Notes: generated from the sequence alone by a model not told the origin. DNA of 64,000 bases from Streptomyces sp. (GCF_019510245.1 NZ_JAEKKT010000203.1:5639-69638); one strand, 5' to 3'; shown: positions 20,102 to 30,204, numbered from the stretch's first letter. Made by a program: numbers and translations.

Positions 20102-21268
20102 TCACCCGTCCGAGGTCAGGACCAGCCCGGACGTCGGCACACCCGTGCCGGCCGTCACCAGGACCCGGCCCGCCCCCGGTACCGGGTTCGCTGCGGTGCC
20201 GCGCAGCTGGCGCACCCCCTCCGCCACCCCGTTCATCCCGTGCAGGTACGCCTCCCCGAGCTGCCCCCCGTGGGTGTTCAGCGGCAGCCGCGCCTCGGCC
20301 ACGAGGTCCGCCGCCTCCCCCCGCCCGCAGAACCCGAACTCCTCCAGCTGCATCAGCACGAACGGCGTGAAGTGGTCGTACAGGATCCCCACGTCGATGT
20401 CGGCGGGGGCGAGTCCGCTGGTACGCCAGAGCTGGCGGGCCACCACGCCCATCTCCGGCAGCCCGGTCAGGTCGTCCCGATAGAAGCTGGTCATCTGCTC
20501 CTGGGCCCGGCCGGCCCCCTGCGCGGCGGCCGTGATCACCGCCGGCGGATGCGGCAGGTCGCGCGCCCGCTCCACCGAGGTGACGACGAGGGCCTGTCCG
20601 CCGTCCGTCTCCTGGCAGCAGTCCAGCAGCCGGAGCGGCTCGACGATCCAGCGGGAGGCCGCGTGGTCCGCGAGGGTGATGGGGCGGCCGTGGAAGTAGG
20701 CGGCCGGGTTGGTCGCCGCGTACCTGCGGTCGGTCACCGCCACGTGCCCGAACGCCTCCGGGGTCAGCCCGTACGTGTGCAGGTAGCGCTGCGCCGCCAT
20801 CGCCACCCAGGACGCCGGGGTGAGCAGCCCGGACGGCAGCACCCAGCCGAGCGCCGCCCCCTCGGCCGACGGCTCCCGGTGCTGCACGCCCGAGCCGAAG
20901 CGACGGCCCGACCGCTCGTTGAAGGCGCGGTAGCAGACCACCACCTCGGCGACCCCGGCCGCGATCGCCAGCGCCGCCTGCTGGACGCTCGCACAGGCCG
21001 CGCCGCCTCCGTAGTGGACGCGGGAGAAGAAGGACAGCTCGCCGATCCCGCAGGCCTGCGCCACGGTGATCTCCGGGCTGGTGTCCATCGTGAACGTCAC
21101 CATCCCGTCCACGTCGGCCGGGGACAGCCCCGCGTCGTCCAGCGCGGCCCGCACCGCCTCCGCCGCCAGCCGCAGCTCGCTGCGCCCCGAGTCCTTGGAG
21201 AACTCGGTGGCCCCGATGCCGACGACCGCCGCCCGCCCGCCGAGCCAGTCCCGGCCCCGCGCGCTCAT
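20102..21268 (-). CDS. Lipid-transfer protein / thiolase-like aldolase (Ltp2-like)
   Basis: GIGATEFSKDSGRSE, LDCCQETDGG, YDHFT, NTHGGQLGEAYLHG. Confidence 0.9.
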   Translation of the reverse strand: MSARGRDWLGGRAAVVGIGATEFSKDSGRSELRLAAEAVRAALDDAGLSPADVDGMVTFTMDTSPEITVAQACGIGELSFFSRVHYGGGAACASVQQAALAIAAGVAEVVVCYRAFNERSGRRFGSGVQHREPSAEGAALGWVLPSGLLTPASWVAMAAQRYLHTYGLTPEAFGHVAVTDRRYAATNPAAYFHGRPITLADHAASRWIVEPLRLLDCCQETDGGQALVVTSVERARDLPHPPAVITAAAQGAGRAQEQMTSFYRDDLTGLPEMGVVARQLWRTSGLAPADIDVGILYDHFTPFVLMQLEEFGFCGRGEAADLVAEARLPLNTHGGQLGEAYLHGMNGVAEGVRQLRGTAANPVPGAGRVLVTAGTGVPTSGLVLTSDG

Positions 21269-21714
21269 GAATCCGCCTCGTCGGTGACGGTGACGGTCAC
21301 CAGGCTCCCGGTGAGTGCGACGGTCACCGTGCCGGTCACGTGGTCGCCGATGCCGTTGGTGCCGACCACCCGGATCGTCGCCAGGCGCGTCTCGTCGTCC
21401 AGCTCCTCGATCCTGCCGGTCAACACCATGGTGTCCCCCGGGTAGTTGGGTGCGCCGAGCCGGATGGCGACCTTGCGGAGCTCTGCCGTCGGGCCGAAGT
21501 AGTCGGTGATGTACCGGCCGACCAGGCCGTTCGTCGTCAGGATGTTCATGAAGATGTCCGGGGAGCCCTTCTGCCGGGCCAGTTCGGCGTCGTGGTGCAC
21601 GTCCTGGTAGTCCCGGGACGCGATCGCGCCCGCCACGATCAGCGTCCGCGTGATCGGGATCTCCAGCGGCGGCAGCTCGGTGCCCACGCCCGGACGGGTC
21701 GTCTCAACTCCCAC
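21265..21714 (-). CDS. MaoC-type hydratase subunit (ChsH1-like)
   Basis: RDYQDVHHD, FMNILTTNG, PNYPGD. Confidence 0.85.
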   Translation of the reverse strand: MGVETTRPGVGTELPPLEIPITRTLIVAGAIASRDYQDVHHDAELARQKGSPDIFMNILTTNGLVGRYITDYFGPTAELRKVAIRLGAPNYPGDTMVLTGRIEELDDETRLATIRVVGTNGIGDHVTGTVTVALTGSLVTVTVTDEADS

Positions 21715-22762
21715 TCGCGATCAACTCCCCCAGTTCCTGGAGCACTTCGCTCCCGCTGCCCAGATACGCGTCCAGTTGCCGGCCCCACAGGAAGTGCCGG
21801 TGCACGGGATGACCGACGTCGGCGCCCGCGCCGCCGTGCAGGTGCTGGCCCGTGTGCACGACCCGCTGCCCGGCCTCGGACGCCCACCAGGCCGCGGTCA
21901 GCGCGTGCGTGGCGTACGGCAGTCCGGCATCCCGCCGCCAGGCCGCCTCGTACGCCGTCACCCGGATCGCCTCGGTGTCCATGTGGGCGTCGGCGGCTCG
22001 GAGCTGGACGCCCTGACGGGTGGCGAGCGGGCGCCCGAACTGCTCGCGGGTGTTGGTGTGGGCCACGGCCCGGGCCAGGGAGCCCGCACAGACGCCCGCC
22101 TGGAGACCGGCGAAGGCGGTACGGGCGGTGGCCAGGACGTCGGCATAGGCGCCTGGGCCGGGACCGGCGCCGGTGCCTGGGCCGGGGCCGGGGCCGAGGG
22201 GCTCGGCGGGGGCGTCGTCGAGCGTGAGCCGCCCCGCCGACCAGGGCGCGGTCAGCTCGACCTCCTCCATGCCGGTGCCCTCGCCGAGCGGGGCCAGCCA
22301 CAGCCGCCGCCCTGCGTCCGCGACCAGGACATGCGTCGCGTCCCGCAGCCACGGGACGACGGGGACGGTGCCGCTCAGCCCGCCCCGCGCGGAGGGCCGC
22401 ACCCCCTGCTGGGCGGGGAACGCCCCGGTCACCACCACCGACCCGTCCCCGATCCCCGGCAGCAGCCGCGCCCGCTGCTCGTCCGTGCCGTGCGCGGCGA
22501 CCGCCAGCTGCCCGTACACACAGGCCGCCGCGTACGGCACCTGGGCCGTGGTACGCCCCTGTTCCTCCAGCAGGAGCACCAGTCCCAGCAGGCCCAGCTC
22601 CTCCACCGCGGCCACCAGCCCGGACGCGCACAGGGCCTTCCACAGCTCCGGGTCGCTGCCGCTGCCGGCCGCCCGCAGCCGCTCGTGGGTGGCGAGGTCC
22701 GCGAAGATCCTGGCGGCCAGGCCACGGGCCTCGGCCTGTGCCTCGGTGGGCGTGAAGTCCAT
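21704..22762 (-). CDS. Acyl-CoA dehydrogenase (FadE28-like subunit)
   Basis: MDFTPT, REQFGRPL, QHLHGG.G. Confidence 0.9.
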   Translation of the reverse strand: MDFTPTEAQAEARGLAARIFADLATHERLRAAGSGSDPELWKALCASGLVAAVEELGLLGLVLLLEEQGRTTAQVPYAAACVYGQLAVAAHGTDEQRARLLPGIGDGSVVVTGAFPAQQGVRPSARGGLSGTVPVVPWLRDATHVLVADAGRRLWLAPLGEGTGMEEVELTAPWSAGRLTLDDAPAEPLGPGPGPGTGAGPGPGAYADVLATARTAFAGLQAGVCAGSLARAVAHTNTREQFGRPLATRQGVQLRAADAHMDTEAIRVTAYEAAWRRDAGLPYATHALTAAWWASEAGQRVVHTGQHLHGGAGADVGHPVHRHFLWGRQLDAYLGSGSEVLQELGELIASGS

Positions 22763-22763
22763 G

Positions 22764-23687
22764 TCAGACCTCCCCGCCGAGGACCCGGAAGACGGGCAGG
22801 GTCAGCGCCCCGCCCGCATCGTCGTACCGGCGGAACTCCACCCGCACCGGCAGGCCGATCCGCACCTTGTCGTACGGCACCCCCACCACGGTGCCCACCA
22901 TCCGCACGCCCTCGGCGAGCTCGATCAGGCCGACCGCGTAGGGAGGGTCGAAGGCCGGGAAGGGCGGGTGGTGCATCACGACGTACGAGAAGACCGTGCC
23001 CTGGCCGGACGACTCGACCGTGTCCCAGTCGGGGGAGCCGCAGGCGTTGCAGCCCGGCAGCCAGGGGTGGCGCAGGGTGCCGCAGCCGGTGCAGCGCTGA
23101 ATGAGGAGCCGCTCCTCGGCCACGCCCTCCCAGAATCCGGCGTTGTCCCGGTTGACCACCGGGCGGGGGCGCGGCGGAGCCTTGGCCGGCTTCCCCGCGG
23201 GTGCGTACTTGAGGACGCGGAGGCGGTGGACGCCCACCAGCTCCGCACCGACCCGGACGTCCGTGCGCGTGGTGACGAAGTACCCCGTGCCCAGCTTGGT
23301 CGTCTTCCGCCCGGACACCGACTCGATCACCGTGTCGAAGACCAGCTCGTCGCCCGGCCGCAGCGGGCGCAGGTACTCCTGCTCGCAGTCGGTGGCGACG
23401 ATCGAGACACAGCCCGCCGCGTCGAGGAGGGCGGACATCTCGTCGTACGCGCCGGTGCGTGCCGTGTTCCCGGAGAGGCCGCCCATCGTCCAGGCCTGGA
23501 GCATGGTGGGCGGGGCGACGGCATCGGTGCCCCGGTACGCCGGGTTCGTGTCGCCCATCGCCTCGCACCAGTGCCGGATCATGGGCAGGTTGACCGGGTC
23601 CTTGCCGGTGCCCGCCCGGGAGGCCGGCTGCCCCTCGTACGCCTTGAGCCGCGCCCCCAGCTCGTCAGTCCCCCCGGCCACGGCCAC
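22764..23687 (-). CDS. MaoC plus DUF35 Zn-ribbon/OB-fold protein (ChsH2-like)
   Basis: PVNLPMIRHWCEAMGD, QRCTGC..P.CNAC, G.VFSY.V.H.P. Confidence 0.88.
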   Translation of the reverse strand: MAVAGGTDELGARLKAYEGQPASRAGTGKDPVNLPMIRHWCEAMGDTNPAYRGTDAVAPPTMLQAWTMGGLSGNTARTGAYDEMSALLDAAGCVSIVATDCEQEYLRPLRPGDELVFDTVIESVSGRKTTKLGTGYFVTTRTDVRVGAELVGVHRLRVLKYAPAGKPAKAPPRPRPVVNRDNAGFWEGVAEERLLIQRCTGCGTLRHPWLPGCNACGSPDWDTVESSGQGTVFSYVVMHHPPFPAFDPPYAVGLIELAEGVRMVGTVVGVPYDKVRIGLPVRVEFRRYDDAGGALTLPVFRVLGGEV

Positions 23688-24834
23688 CCCTCCGCATCCC
23701 GAGCCGCATCGTCGCGACGATCTCCCGCTGCACCTCGCTCACCCCGCCCCCGAACGTGTTGATCTGCGCCGCCCTGTTGAGCCGCTCCAGCTCGCCGTCC
23801 CCGAACACCCCCGGCGAGCCGGACCGGACCAATGCCGTCTCGCCGACGATCTCCTGACACATGCGATACGTCGCGACTGCCGATTCCGTTCCCGTGAACT
23901 TCACCCCGCTGGCCTCCGCGGGGGGCACCCGGCCCGCCCCCGCATCCCCCACCAGACGCCAGCTGAGCAGGCGGTTCGCCGCCAGCCGGGCATGCGCCTC
24001 GGCCAGCCGGAAACGCACCCAGGGCTCGTCAACGCGGCGCCGCCCGGTCACCGGATCGGGGGTGCGGGCGGCGGTGAGCGCGGCCGCGTAGAAGTCCTCG
24101 GCCTGCATGCCGGTCGCGGCGAGGGCGACCCGCTCGTGGTTGAGCTGGTTGGTGATGAGCGACCAGCCCTCGTGCTCGGCGCCGACCAGGTTCCCGGCGG
24201 GGACGCGGACACCGTCGTAGTAGGTGGCCGTCGTGACCTGGCCGCCCACCGTCTCGATCGGCGTCCAGGAGAACCCGGGCGCGTCCGTGGGGACCAGCAG
24301 GATCGAGATGCCGCGGTGTCTGGGCGCCTCGGGATCGGTGCGGCAGGCCAGCCAGATCCAGTCGGCGTGCTGGGCGCCCGAGGTGAAGATCTTCTGCCCG
24401 TCGATCCGCCAGCCGTCGCCGTCCCGTACCGCGCGGGTGCTCAACGCGGCCAGGTCGGTGCCGGCGGAGGGCTCGCTGTAGCCGATGGCGAAGACGAGTT
24501 CGCCGCGCAGGATGCCGGGCAGGAAGCGGGCCTTCTGCTCCGCGTCGCCGTACTTCATCAGCGTCGGCCCGACCGTGTTCAGGGTGACCATCGAGACGGG
24601 GGCGCCGGCCCGGTACGCCTCGTCGAAGAACACGAACTGCTCGTCGGCACCGCGCCCTTGGCCGCCGTACTCGACGGGCCAGCCGAGGCCGAGCAGGCCG
24701 TCAGCGCCGATGCGGCGCAGCAGGGCGCGGCGTTCGGCGGGGGCCTCGGGAGCCGGGGACGGGATCAAGGACCGGAAGTAGGCGCGGAGTTCGGCACGGA
24801 GCCGCTGCTGGCGTTCGGTGGGGGCCAGATGCAT
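23665..24834 (-). CDS. Acyl-CoA dehydrogenase (FadE29-like subunit)
   Basis: GWPVEYGG, GYSEP.AGTDLA, GQKIFTS, TFGGGVSEVQR. Confidence 0.92.
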   Translation of the reverse strand: MHLAPTERQQRLRAELRAYFRSLIPSPAPEAPAERRALLRRIGADGLLGLGWPVEYGGQGRGADEQFVFFDEAYRAGAPVSMVTLNTVGPTLMKYGDAEQKARFLPGILRGELVFAIGYSEPSAGTDLAALSTRAVRDGDGWRIDGQKIFTSGAQHADWIWLACRTDPEAPRHRGISILLVPTDAPGFSWTPIETVGGQVTTATYYDGVRVPAGNLVGAEHEGWSLITNQLNHERVALAATGMQAEDFYAAALTAARTPDPVTGRRRVDEPWVRFRLAEAHARLAANRLLSWRLVGDAGAGRVPPAEASGVKFTGTESAVATYRMCQEIVGETALVRSGSPGVFGDGELERLNRAAQINTFGGGVSEVQREIVATMRLGMRRGGRGRGD

Positions 24835-24838
24835 GGTT

Positions 24839-24855
24839 TCTGACTGTCCGTCAGA
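24839..24855. promoter_or_regulatory. Palindromic operator just upstream of the acyl-CoA catabolic operon
   Basis: TCTGAC-N5-GTCAGA, 4 bp from the start codon. Confidence 0.55.
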
Positions 24856-25047
24856 TACGGCTCGCTGTCAAGGTCGAACGGGTCGGCGCGGGGCAGGCAC
24901 AGGGGCGGCGCGGAGGCAGGTGCCGGGGGCGGAAGAGGGGGCGCGGCGGGAGGGGCCGGAAACGCCTGCGCGGCGGTGCCGAAGCACCGCCGCGCGGACG
25001 CACTGCCCATCCCCACAGACCACACCCCACCAGGGCTCAGGCGGGGC

Positions 25048-25365
25048 TTACCACAGCCGGGTGAAGTGGACGGCGACGTTGTCGTTGCCCTGCTGGATCG
25101 CGGTCCACGCGGAGCCGTTGACCTGAGCGGTGTTGCTCTGGTTCGAGGCGCCGTTGCCCACCGCGTTCTGCTGGGTGGTGGAGGAGTTGCCGTTGTTGTT
25201 GTGACCGACCCCGCTGCCGATGATGCCCGCCGAGCCGGCGTTGGCGCTCGATCCGTTGCCCGCCAACGCACCGTTGTCCGCGGCCGCGACACCGGCGAAG
25301 AGGGCGGCGGCGAGCGGAAGGGCGGAGACGGCGGCGAGAACGCGGGCGGTACGGATGCTTGCCAT
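25048..25365 (-). CDS. nepA: Small secreted Gly/Asn/Ser-rich NepA-like cell-wall protein
   Basis: GAGAGGA RBS, signal peptide MASIRTARVLAAVSALPL, N/Q/G-rich mature part; identity inferred from recalled sequence and synteny. Confidence 0.55.
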   Translation of the reverse strand: MASIRTARVLAAVSALPLAAALFAGVAAADNGALAGNGSSANAGSAGIIGSGVGHNNNGNSSTTQQNAVGNGASNQSNTAQVNGSAWTAIQQGNDNVAVHFTRLW

Positions 25366-25699
25366 GTTGTTTCCTCTCAGAGCCCGGCTATGCCGGAGTA
25401 CGTCAAGTAAGGCTTTTTCCGGAGCAGTTGGCCGACCGCCTCGGAGGGTGTCATCGACGTCGCGAGACCAGAGTTGCCCACCGAATCCCCGGCGAACCAC
25501 CCCGGAAGCCGTTATTCGCCCTCAAGCGTGATGACAAGTCGATAAACCCCTTTCACCATCTTTAGTCGACTTCCACCCCAGTCATGACCACTCGGGACAT
25601 CCGCCCCCATCAGCCGCCACAAGGGAAAAACCGTTCCACCCCCACTCCGCGCCCAGATCGCCGCCCTCGGCGTGTCAGACCGGCACCCCCTTCCCTTTT

Positions 25700-25715
25700 T
25701 CGAACGTACGTACGA
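25700..25715 (+). promoter_or_regulatory. Putative LexA (SOS) box
   Basis: TCGAACGTACGTACGA, one mismatch to actinobacterial TCGAAC-N4-GTTCGA. Confidence 0.6.
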
Positions 25716-25725
25716 ACATGGAGGC

Positions 25726-26601
25726 ATGGCCACCACCGATCGGCAGGCCACGACGCTGGCCCTCGCACACGCCCTGTCAGCCGCCGAGCGCGGCCTGGCC
25801 GTCATCCCCCTGTCCCGCACGAAGCTCCCGGCCCTGCGCTCCCCGCACCGCCACGACCCCGACCCCGCGCTGCCGCCCTGCCACGGCGAGTGCGGCCGCC
25901 CCGGCCACGGGGTGTACGACGCCACCACCGACCCGTCCCGGATCCGCGAGCTGTTCGGCGCGGCGCCCTGGGCGACCGGCTACGGCATCGCCTGCGGGCT
26001 GCCCCCGTACCGCCTCATCGGCGTCGACCTCGACGTGAAGGGCGGTACGGACTCCACCGCCGCCCTGCGCGAACTGGCCCTGCGGCACCTGTTCACGATC
26101 CCGCCCACGGTGGTCGTCCTCACCCCGAGCGGCGGCCGCCACCTCTGGCTGACCGGACCGCCGGACGCCGTCGTCCCCAACTCGGCCGGCCGCCTCGCCC
26201 CCGGCATCGACATCCGCGGCGCCGGCGGCTACCTGGTCGGCCCCGGCTCCCGCACCGACCACGGCGTCTACGCCACCGCCCCCGGCACCGAACACCTGGT
26301 CCCCGCGCCCTGCCCCCCGTCCCTCCTCCGCCTCCTGCTGCCGCCCCCGCGCCCACCCCACCCCGCGACCCACCCCTCGGTCGGCAACCGCGGTCAGGGC
26401 CTGGTCCAGTTCGTGCTCTCCGCCCACGAGGGCCAGCGCAACACCCGCCTCTTCTGGGCGGCCTGCCGCGCCTACGAGAACGGCATCGGCCGGGCCCTGC
26501 GGGCTCCGCTGATCGACGCGGCGGTCCACACGGGCCTGACGGAACAGGAGGCCCGCGCGACGATCGCCTCGGCGGCCCGCATGACCGGCCACCGGCCTTG
26601 A
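25726..26601 (+). CDS. Bifunctional DNA primase/polymerase (Prim-Pol)
   Basis: GGAGG RBS; GVDLDVK, TPSGGRHLW, IDIRGAGGYLVGPGS, EGQRN..LF.AA. Confidence 0.9.
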   Translation: MATTDRQATTLALAHALSAAERGLAVIPLSRTKLPALRSPHRHDPDPALPPCHGECGRPGHGVYDATTDPSRIRELFGAAPWATGYGIACGLPPYRLIGVDLDVKGGTDSTAALRELALRHLFTIPPTVVVLTPSGGRHLWLTGPPDAVVPNSAGRLAPGIDIRGAGGYLVGPGSRTDHGVYATAPGTEHLVPAPCPPSLLRLLLPPPRPPHPATHPSVGNRGQGLVQFVLSAHEGQRNTRLFWAACRAYENGIGRALRAPLIDAAVHTGLTEQEARATIASAARMTGHRP

Positions 26602-26605
26602 GAGG

Positions 26606-26698
26606 ACCTGAGTGGGCCTGAGTGGGCTGAATGAGCTGAGTGGGCCTGAGGTGCCTTTGGCGGCCTCGGGTGGCCTCGGGTGGCCTCGGTGGCCTCGG
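26606..26698. repeat. Short degenerate tandem repeats (GAGTGGGCCT; GGTGGCCTCG)
   Basis: Directly visible 9-10 bp units downstream of the Prim-Pol gene. Confidence 0.6.
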
Positions 26699-26847
26699 GA
26701 TGACTTGGGCAGCCCTGAAAATCGAACGCGCCCAGCCGCCCGCCCTCCCGACCTGCGACTTGGGAACGCCGAGGCGGCTACGAAAGATGCGCGGAGGCAG
26801 ACTTTCGGGAACTGATCCGGACGATGCCGGCTCGCCATGCTGGCGGT

Positions 26848-29268
26848 ATGGATCAGGCGAGGATTTCGCGGCGTGCCCTGGTGGGCGCCGCCGCCGCTGC
26901 CACCGCCGCGGTGACGACCGGGGCAGCCCCGGCCCCGGCCCCGGCCCCGGCCCCGGCTGAACGAACCACGTCGGACCGCCGACGGGCAGGCGGCTCGACC
27001 TCCCGTAGGGTCGAAGCCCTGCTGGCCCGTATGACGACGGCCGACAAGATCGCCCAGCTGAACGTCCCGGTCTGCCTCCCGCAGGAGCTGCTCGGCGATT
27101 CCACGGACCCGACCGGTACGACGGAGAACCGGGAGGCGTACGTACGCGGCCGGACCGTGGTCGGCACGGGGGCCGGGCAGCTGCGGCTGGGCCCCGGCGG
27201 CGGTTTCTTCGGCCTGGTCAACCAGACCCTCTCCGGCTCCGTCGAGGTGCCGCATCCCCTCACGCCGTACGAGCAGGCCGAGCAGCACAACCGGCTGCAG
27301 CGCCTCGCCCGTGACACCGCACTCGGCATTCCGCTGCTGCAGATCAGCGAGGGCACGCACGGTTCGGTGGGCCCCGGCTCGACGATCTTCCCGGAGGGAC
27401 TGGCGCTCGGCGCGACCTTCGACCCGGACCTGATCGGCCAGGTGTTCGCGGCGGTGGCCCGGGAGGCCCGCGCGGTAGGGATCCACGCGCTGAGCACCAT
27501 CACCGCGGAGCTGAACCGCGACCCGCGCTACGGCCGGGGGATCTGGGCGTTCAGCGAGGACCCGTACCTGACGGCCGCCATGGTCGGTGCGGTGGTGCCG
27601 GCCATGCAGGGCGCCGGCAACGACCTCACGTCCGACGAGTCGGTGGTCACGTCCCTGGTCACCTTCCCCATGGAGTCCCCCAACGTCGGCGGGCTGGAGA
27701 CCAGTTCGATCGAGATCGGTGAACGCGCCTTGCGCCAGACCCACCTGGAGCCGTGGCGGGTGGGCTTCACGGAGGCCGGAGCGCTGATGACCGAGGCGAG
27801 CGAGCAGACCATCGACGGGCTGGTCGTCCACGGCTCACGCGCGTACCTCACCGACCTTCTGCGGGACGAACTCCGCTTCGACGGCGTGGTGATCGGCAAC
27901 GACCTGCGCAGCCTGATCCGCGAGCACGTGGCGGGTACGGCGCAGGAGGCGGCGGGGCTCGGACTGCGCGCCGGAGTCGACATCAGCCTGGCCTGGGACG
28001 AGATCTACCTCGACCAGCTGGCGGCGGCCGTACGGGAGGGACGGATCGACGAGGCGCTGCTCGACCGTGCCGTACGACGTGTCCTGACCCTGAAGGAACG
28101 CCTGGGCCTGTTCGAGAACCCGTACGTCGACGCCGCCCGGGCGGAACGGGTGGTCAACTGCGCCCCGCACAGGGCCCTCGCGCTGAGCGCGGCGCGCGCG
28201 TCGATGGTGCTGCTGAAGAACGAGGGCGGACTGCTGCCGCTGGCCGCCGACCGGGTCCGTACGGTGGCGCTGATCGGACCGAACGCCGACGACCGGCTCG
28301 ATCTCCTCGGCGAGTACGACGCCTACCCCGCGCTGCACGAGACCCCCTCGATCCGCGAGGCGCTGACCCGCCTGACCGGCGACCGGGTCCGCGTCCGGTA
28401 CGCGCGGGGCTGCGACGTCACCGGAAGGGACACCTCCGGCTTCGCCGCCGCGCGTGCGGCGGCGAAGGACGCGGACGTCGCGGTGGTGGTCGTGGGCGAG
28501 CAGACCAAGGGCGGCTACTTCTCGCCGGACCGTACCGACGGCGAGCTGAAGGACACCGCGTCCCTCGCCCTGACCGGCGTACAGCAGCAGCTGCTCGAAG
28601 AGGTCCACGCCACCGGCACCCCGACCGTCGCCGTGGTGGTCACCGGCCGCGCCCTGGCCCTGCCGTGGGCCACGGCTCACCTTCCGGCGCTGCTGATCGC
28701 CTGGCTGCCCGGCGAGGCGGGCGGCCGGGCGGTGGCGGAGGTGCTGTTCGGGGAGACCGAGCCGACCGGCCGCCTGCCGGTCACCTTCCCCCGCGACGCC
28801 GGTCAACTGCCCCTGACCTACGACCAGAAGCACGCCCGTGCCGACGCGGACGCCTACATCGACATGCCGTCCACGCCCCTGCACGCGTTCGGATCGGGCC
28901 GCGGCTACACGTCCTTCCGCTACAGCGGCATCCGGCTGGACGACACCCACATCACGCGGGACGGCCGGACCCTTCTGCACGTCGACATCACGAACACGGG
29001 CGAGCGGGCCGGAACCGAGGTCGTGCAGCTGTACGTCACCGACGACCGTGCGAGCGTCTCCCTGCCGCGCATCCGGCTGCGGGGCGTGGTCAGGAGGCGG
29101 GTGGCGGCCGGAGAGCGGGTCACGGTGTCGTTCCCCGTGACGGCCGCCCGGGACCTCACCCTCGTCGACGAGCGGCTGCGCACCGTCGTGGAGCCGGGGA
29201 CCTTCACCCTCGGCGTCGGCAGCGCCTCGGACCGCGTGCACCAGCACATCTCCCTGACCGTGTCATGA
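26848..29268 (+). CDS. Tat-secreted GH3 glycoside hydrolase with Fn3-like domain
   Basis: SRRALV Tat motif, MTTADKIAQL, RDPRYGR, SEDP, VLLKNEG, GRLPVTFP, EVVQLY. Confidence 0.9.
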   Translation: MDQARISRRALVGAAAAATAAVTTGAAPAPAPAPAPAERTTSDRRRAGGSTSRRVEALLARMTTADKIAQLNVPVCLPQELLGDSTDPTGTTENREAYVRGRTVVGTGAGQLRLGPGGGFFGLVNQTLSGSVEVPHPLTPYEQAEQHNRLQRLARDTALGIPLLQISEGTHGSVGPGSTIFPEGLALGATFDPDLIGQVFAAVAREARAVGIHALSTITAELNRDPRYGRGIWAFSEDPYLTAAMVGAVVPAMQGAGNDLTSDESVVTSLVTFPMESPNVGGLETSSIEIGERALRQTHLEPWRVGFTEAGALMTEASEQTIDGLVVHGSRAYLTDLLRDELRFDGVVIGNDLRSLIREHVAGTAQEAAGLGLRAGVDISLAWDEIYLDQLAAAVREGRIDEALLDRAVRRVLTLKERLGLFENPYVDAARAERVVNCAPHRALALSAARASMVLLKNEGGLLPLAADRVRTVALIGPNADDRLDLLGEYDAYPALHETPSIREALTRLTGDRVRVRYARGCDVTGRDTSGFAAARAAAKDADVAVVVVGEQTKGGYFSPDRTDGELKDTASLALTGVQQQLLEEVHATGTPTVAVVVTGRALALPWATAHLPALLIAWLPGEAGGRAVAEVLFGETEPTGRLPVTFPRDAGQLPLTYDQKHARADADAYIDMPSTPLHAFGSGRGYTSFRYSGIRLDDTHITRDGRTLLHVDITNTGERAGTEVVQLYVTDDRASVSLPRIRLRGVVRRRVAAGERVTVSFPVTAARDLTLVDERLRTVVEPGTFTLGVGSASDRVHQHISLTVS

Positions 29269-29331
29269 CCCTGGCGTCCCTGCCGGAAATGGGAGAAGCG
29301 CATCAACGACTGGCTCAACGGCTGACCCCGG

Positions 29332-30204
29332 TCACGGCGCGGCCGCCGAGAAGTCGTACCCGGACCATTCGCTGAGCCGGACGTATCCCAGACGCTGGTA
29401 GAGGGCGTTGCTGCTGGGGTTGGACAGGTCCGCGAACAGGACGACGTCCTGCGCGCCCGCGGCCAGCGCGGCCCGGCTCACCTCCGCCGTCACGGCCGCC
29501 GCGTACCCGCGGCCGCGCAGGTGGGAGGGGGTGTAGACGACGTCCACCTGGATCTGGCCGCCGATCAGCGGGTTCATGCCCGCGACGGAGACGGGAGTGC
29601 CGTCCGGCGTCTCCCAGAGCGTGTAGGTCTTGTCGGCGAAGCGCGTGCCGGACCAGGTGCCGGCGTCGATGACGACGTCCTCCCCGACGGCCTTGGCGAA
29701 CTCGGCGCACCAGAACATGGCCTGCTCCAGGTCCTGCTCGCCCAGGACACGGCCCCGCCCCGCCGGCAGCGGGTCCGGCGGGGTGAGCGTGCCGAGGCGG
29801 TACAGCGACAGCCGCGTGTCACGGAGCCTCGGCGTCGCGCCGGTGCGACGCTGCCAGGCTTCGGCGAACGCGGTGGCCGTGGCGTGGTCCGCGCTGACGG
29901 AGGGGACGGAATCCCCGAGGTCGGTCAGACGGGCGGCGAGGGAGTCGGCCTGCTCGGGCGTGAGCGGGGAGAGACCGAAACCCCGGGGCTTGAAGCGGTA
30001 GAAGGTGGCCTGGACCTCGCCGCCCCGCTCCAGCATCCCGAAGACGGGAACGCCGGCGCCGAACGCCGCGGCCCCCCGCGCCCGCACCCTCTCGGCCCAC
30101 GTCGACTGCATGACGTGCGGGCCGGGACGCGAACGCAGGAACCCCCCGGCACGGGCGAGGAACTCATCGACGTCGTGGGTCAGGTACCAGTCGGATGGAC
30201 GCAT
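29332..30204 (-). CDS. GNAT-family acetyltransferase
   Basis: VYTP.HLRGRGYA, LFADLSNPSSNALYQRLGY. Confidence 0.88.
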   Translation of the reverse strand: MRPSDWYLTHDVDEFLARAGGFLRSRPGPHVMQSTWAERVRARGAAAFGAGVPVFGMLERGGEVQATFYRFKPRGFGLSPLTPEQADSLAARLTDLGDSVPSVSADHATATAFAEAWQRRTGATPRLRDTRLSLYRLGTLTPPDPLPAGRGRVLGEQDLEQAMFWCAEFAKAVGEDVVIDAGTWSGTRFADKTYTLWETPDGTPVSVAGMNPLIGGQIQVDVVYTPSHLRGRGYAAAVTAEVSRAALAAGAQDVVLFADLSNPSSNALYQRLGYVRLSEWSGYDFSAAAP

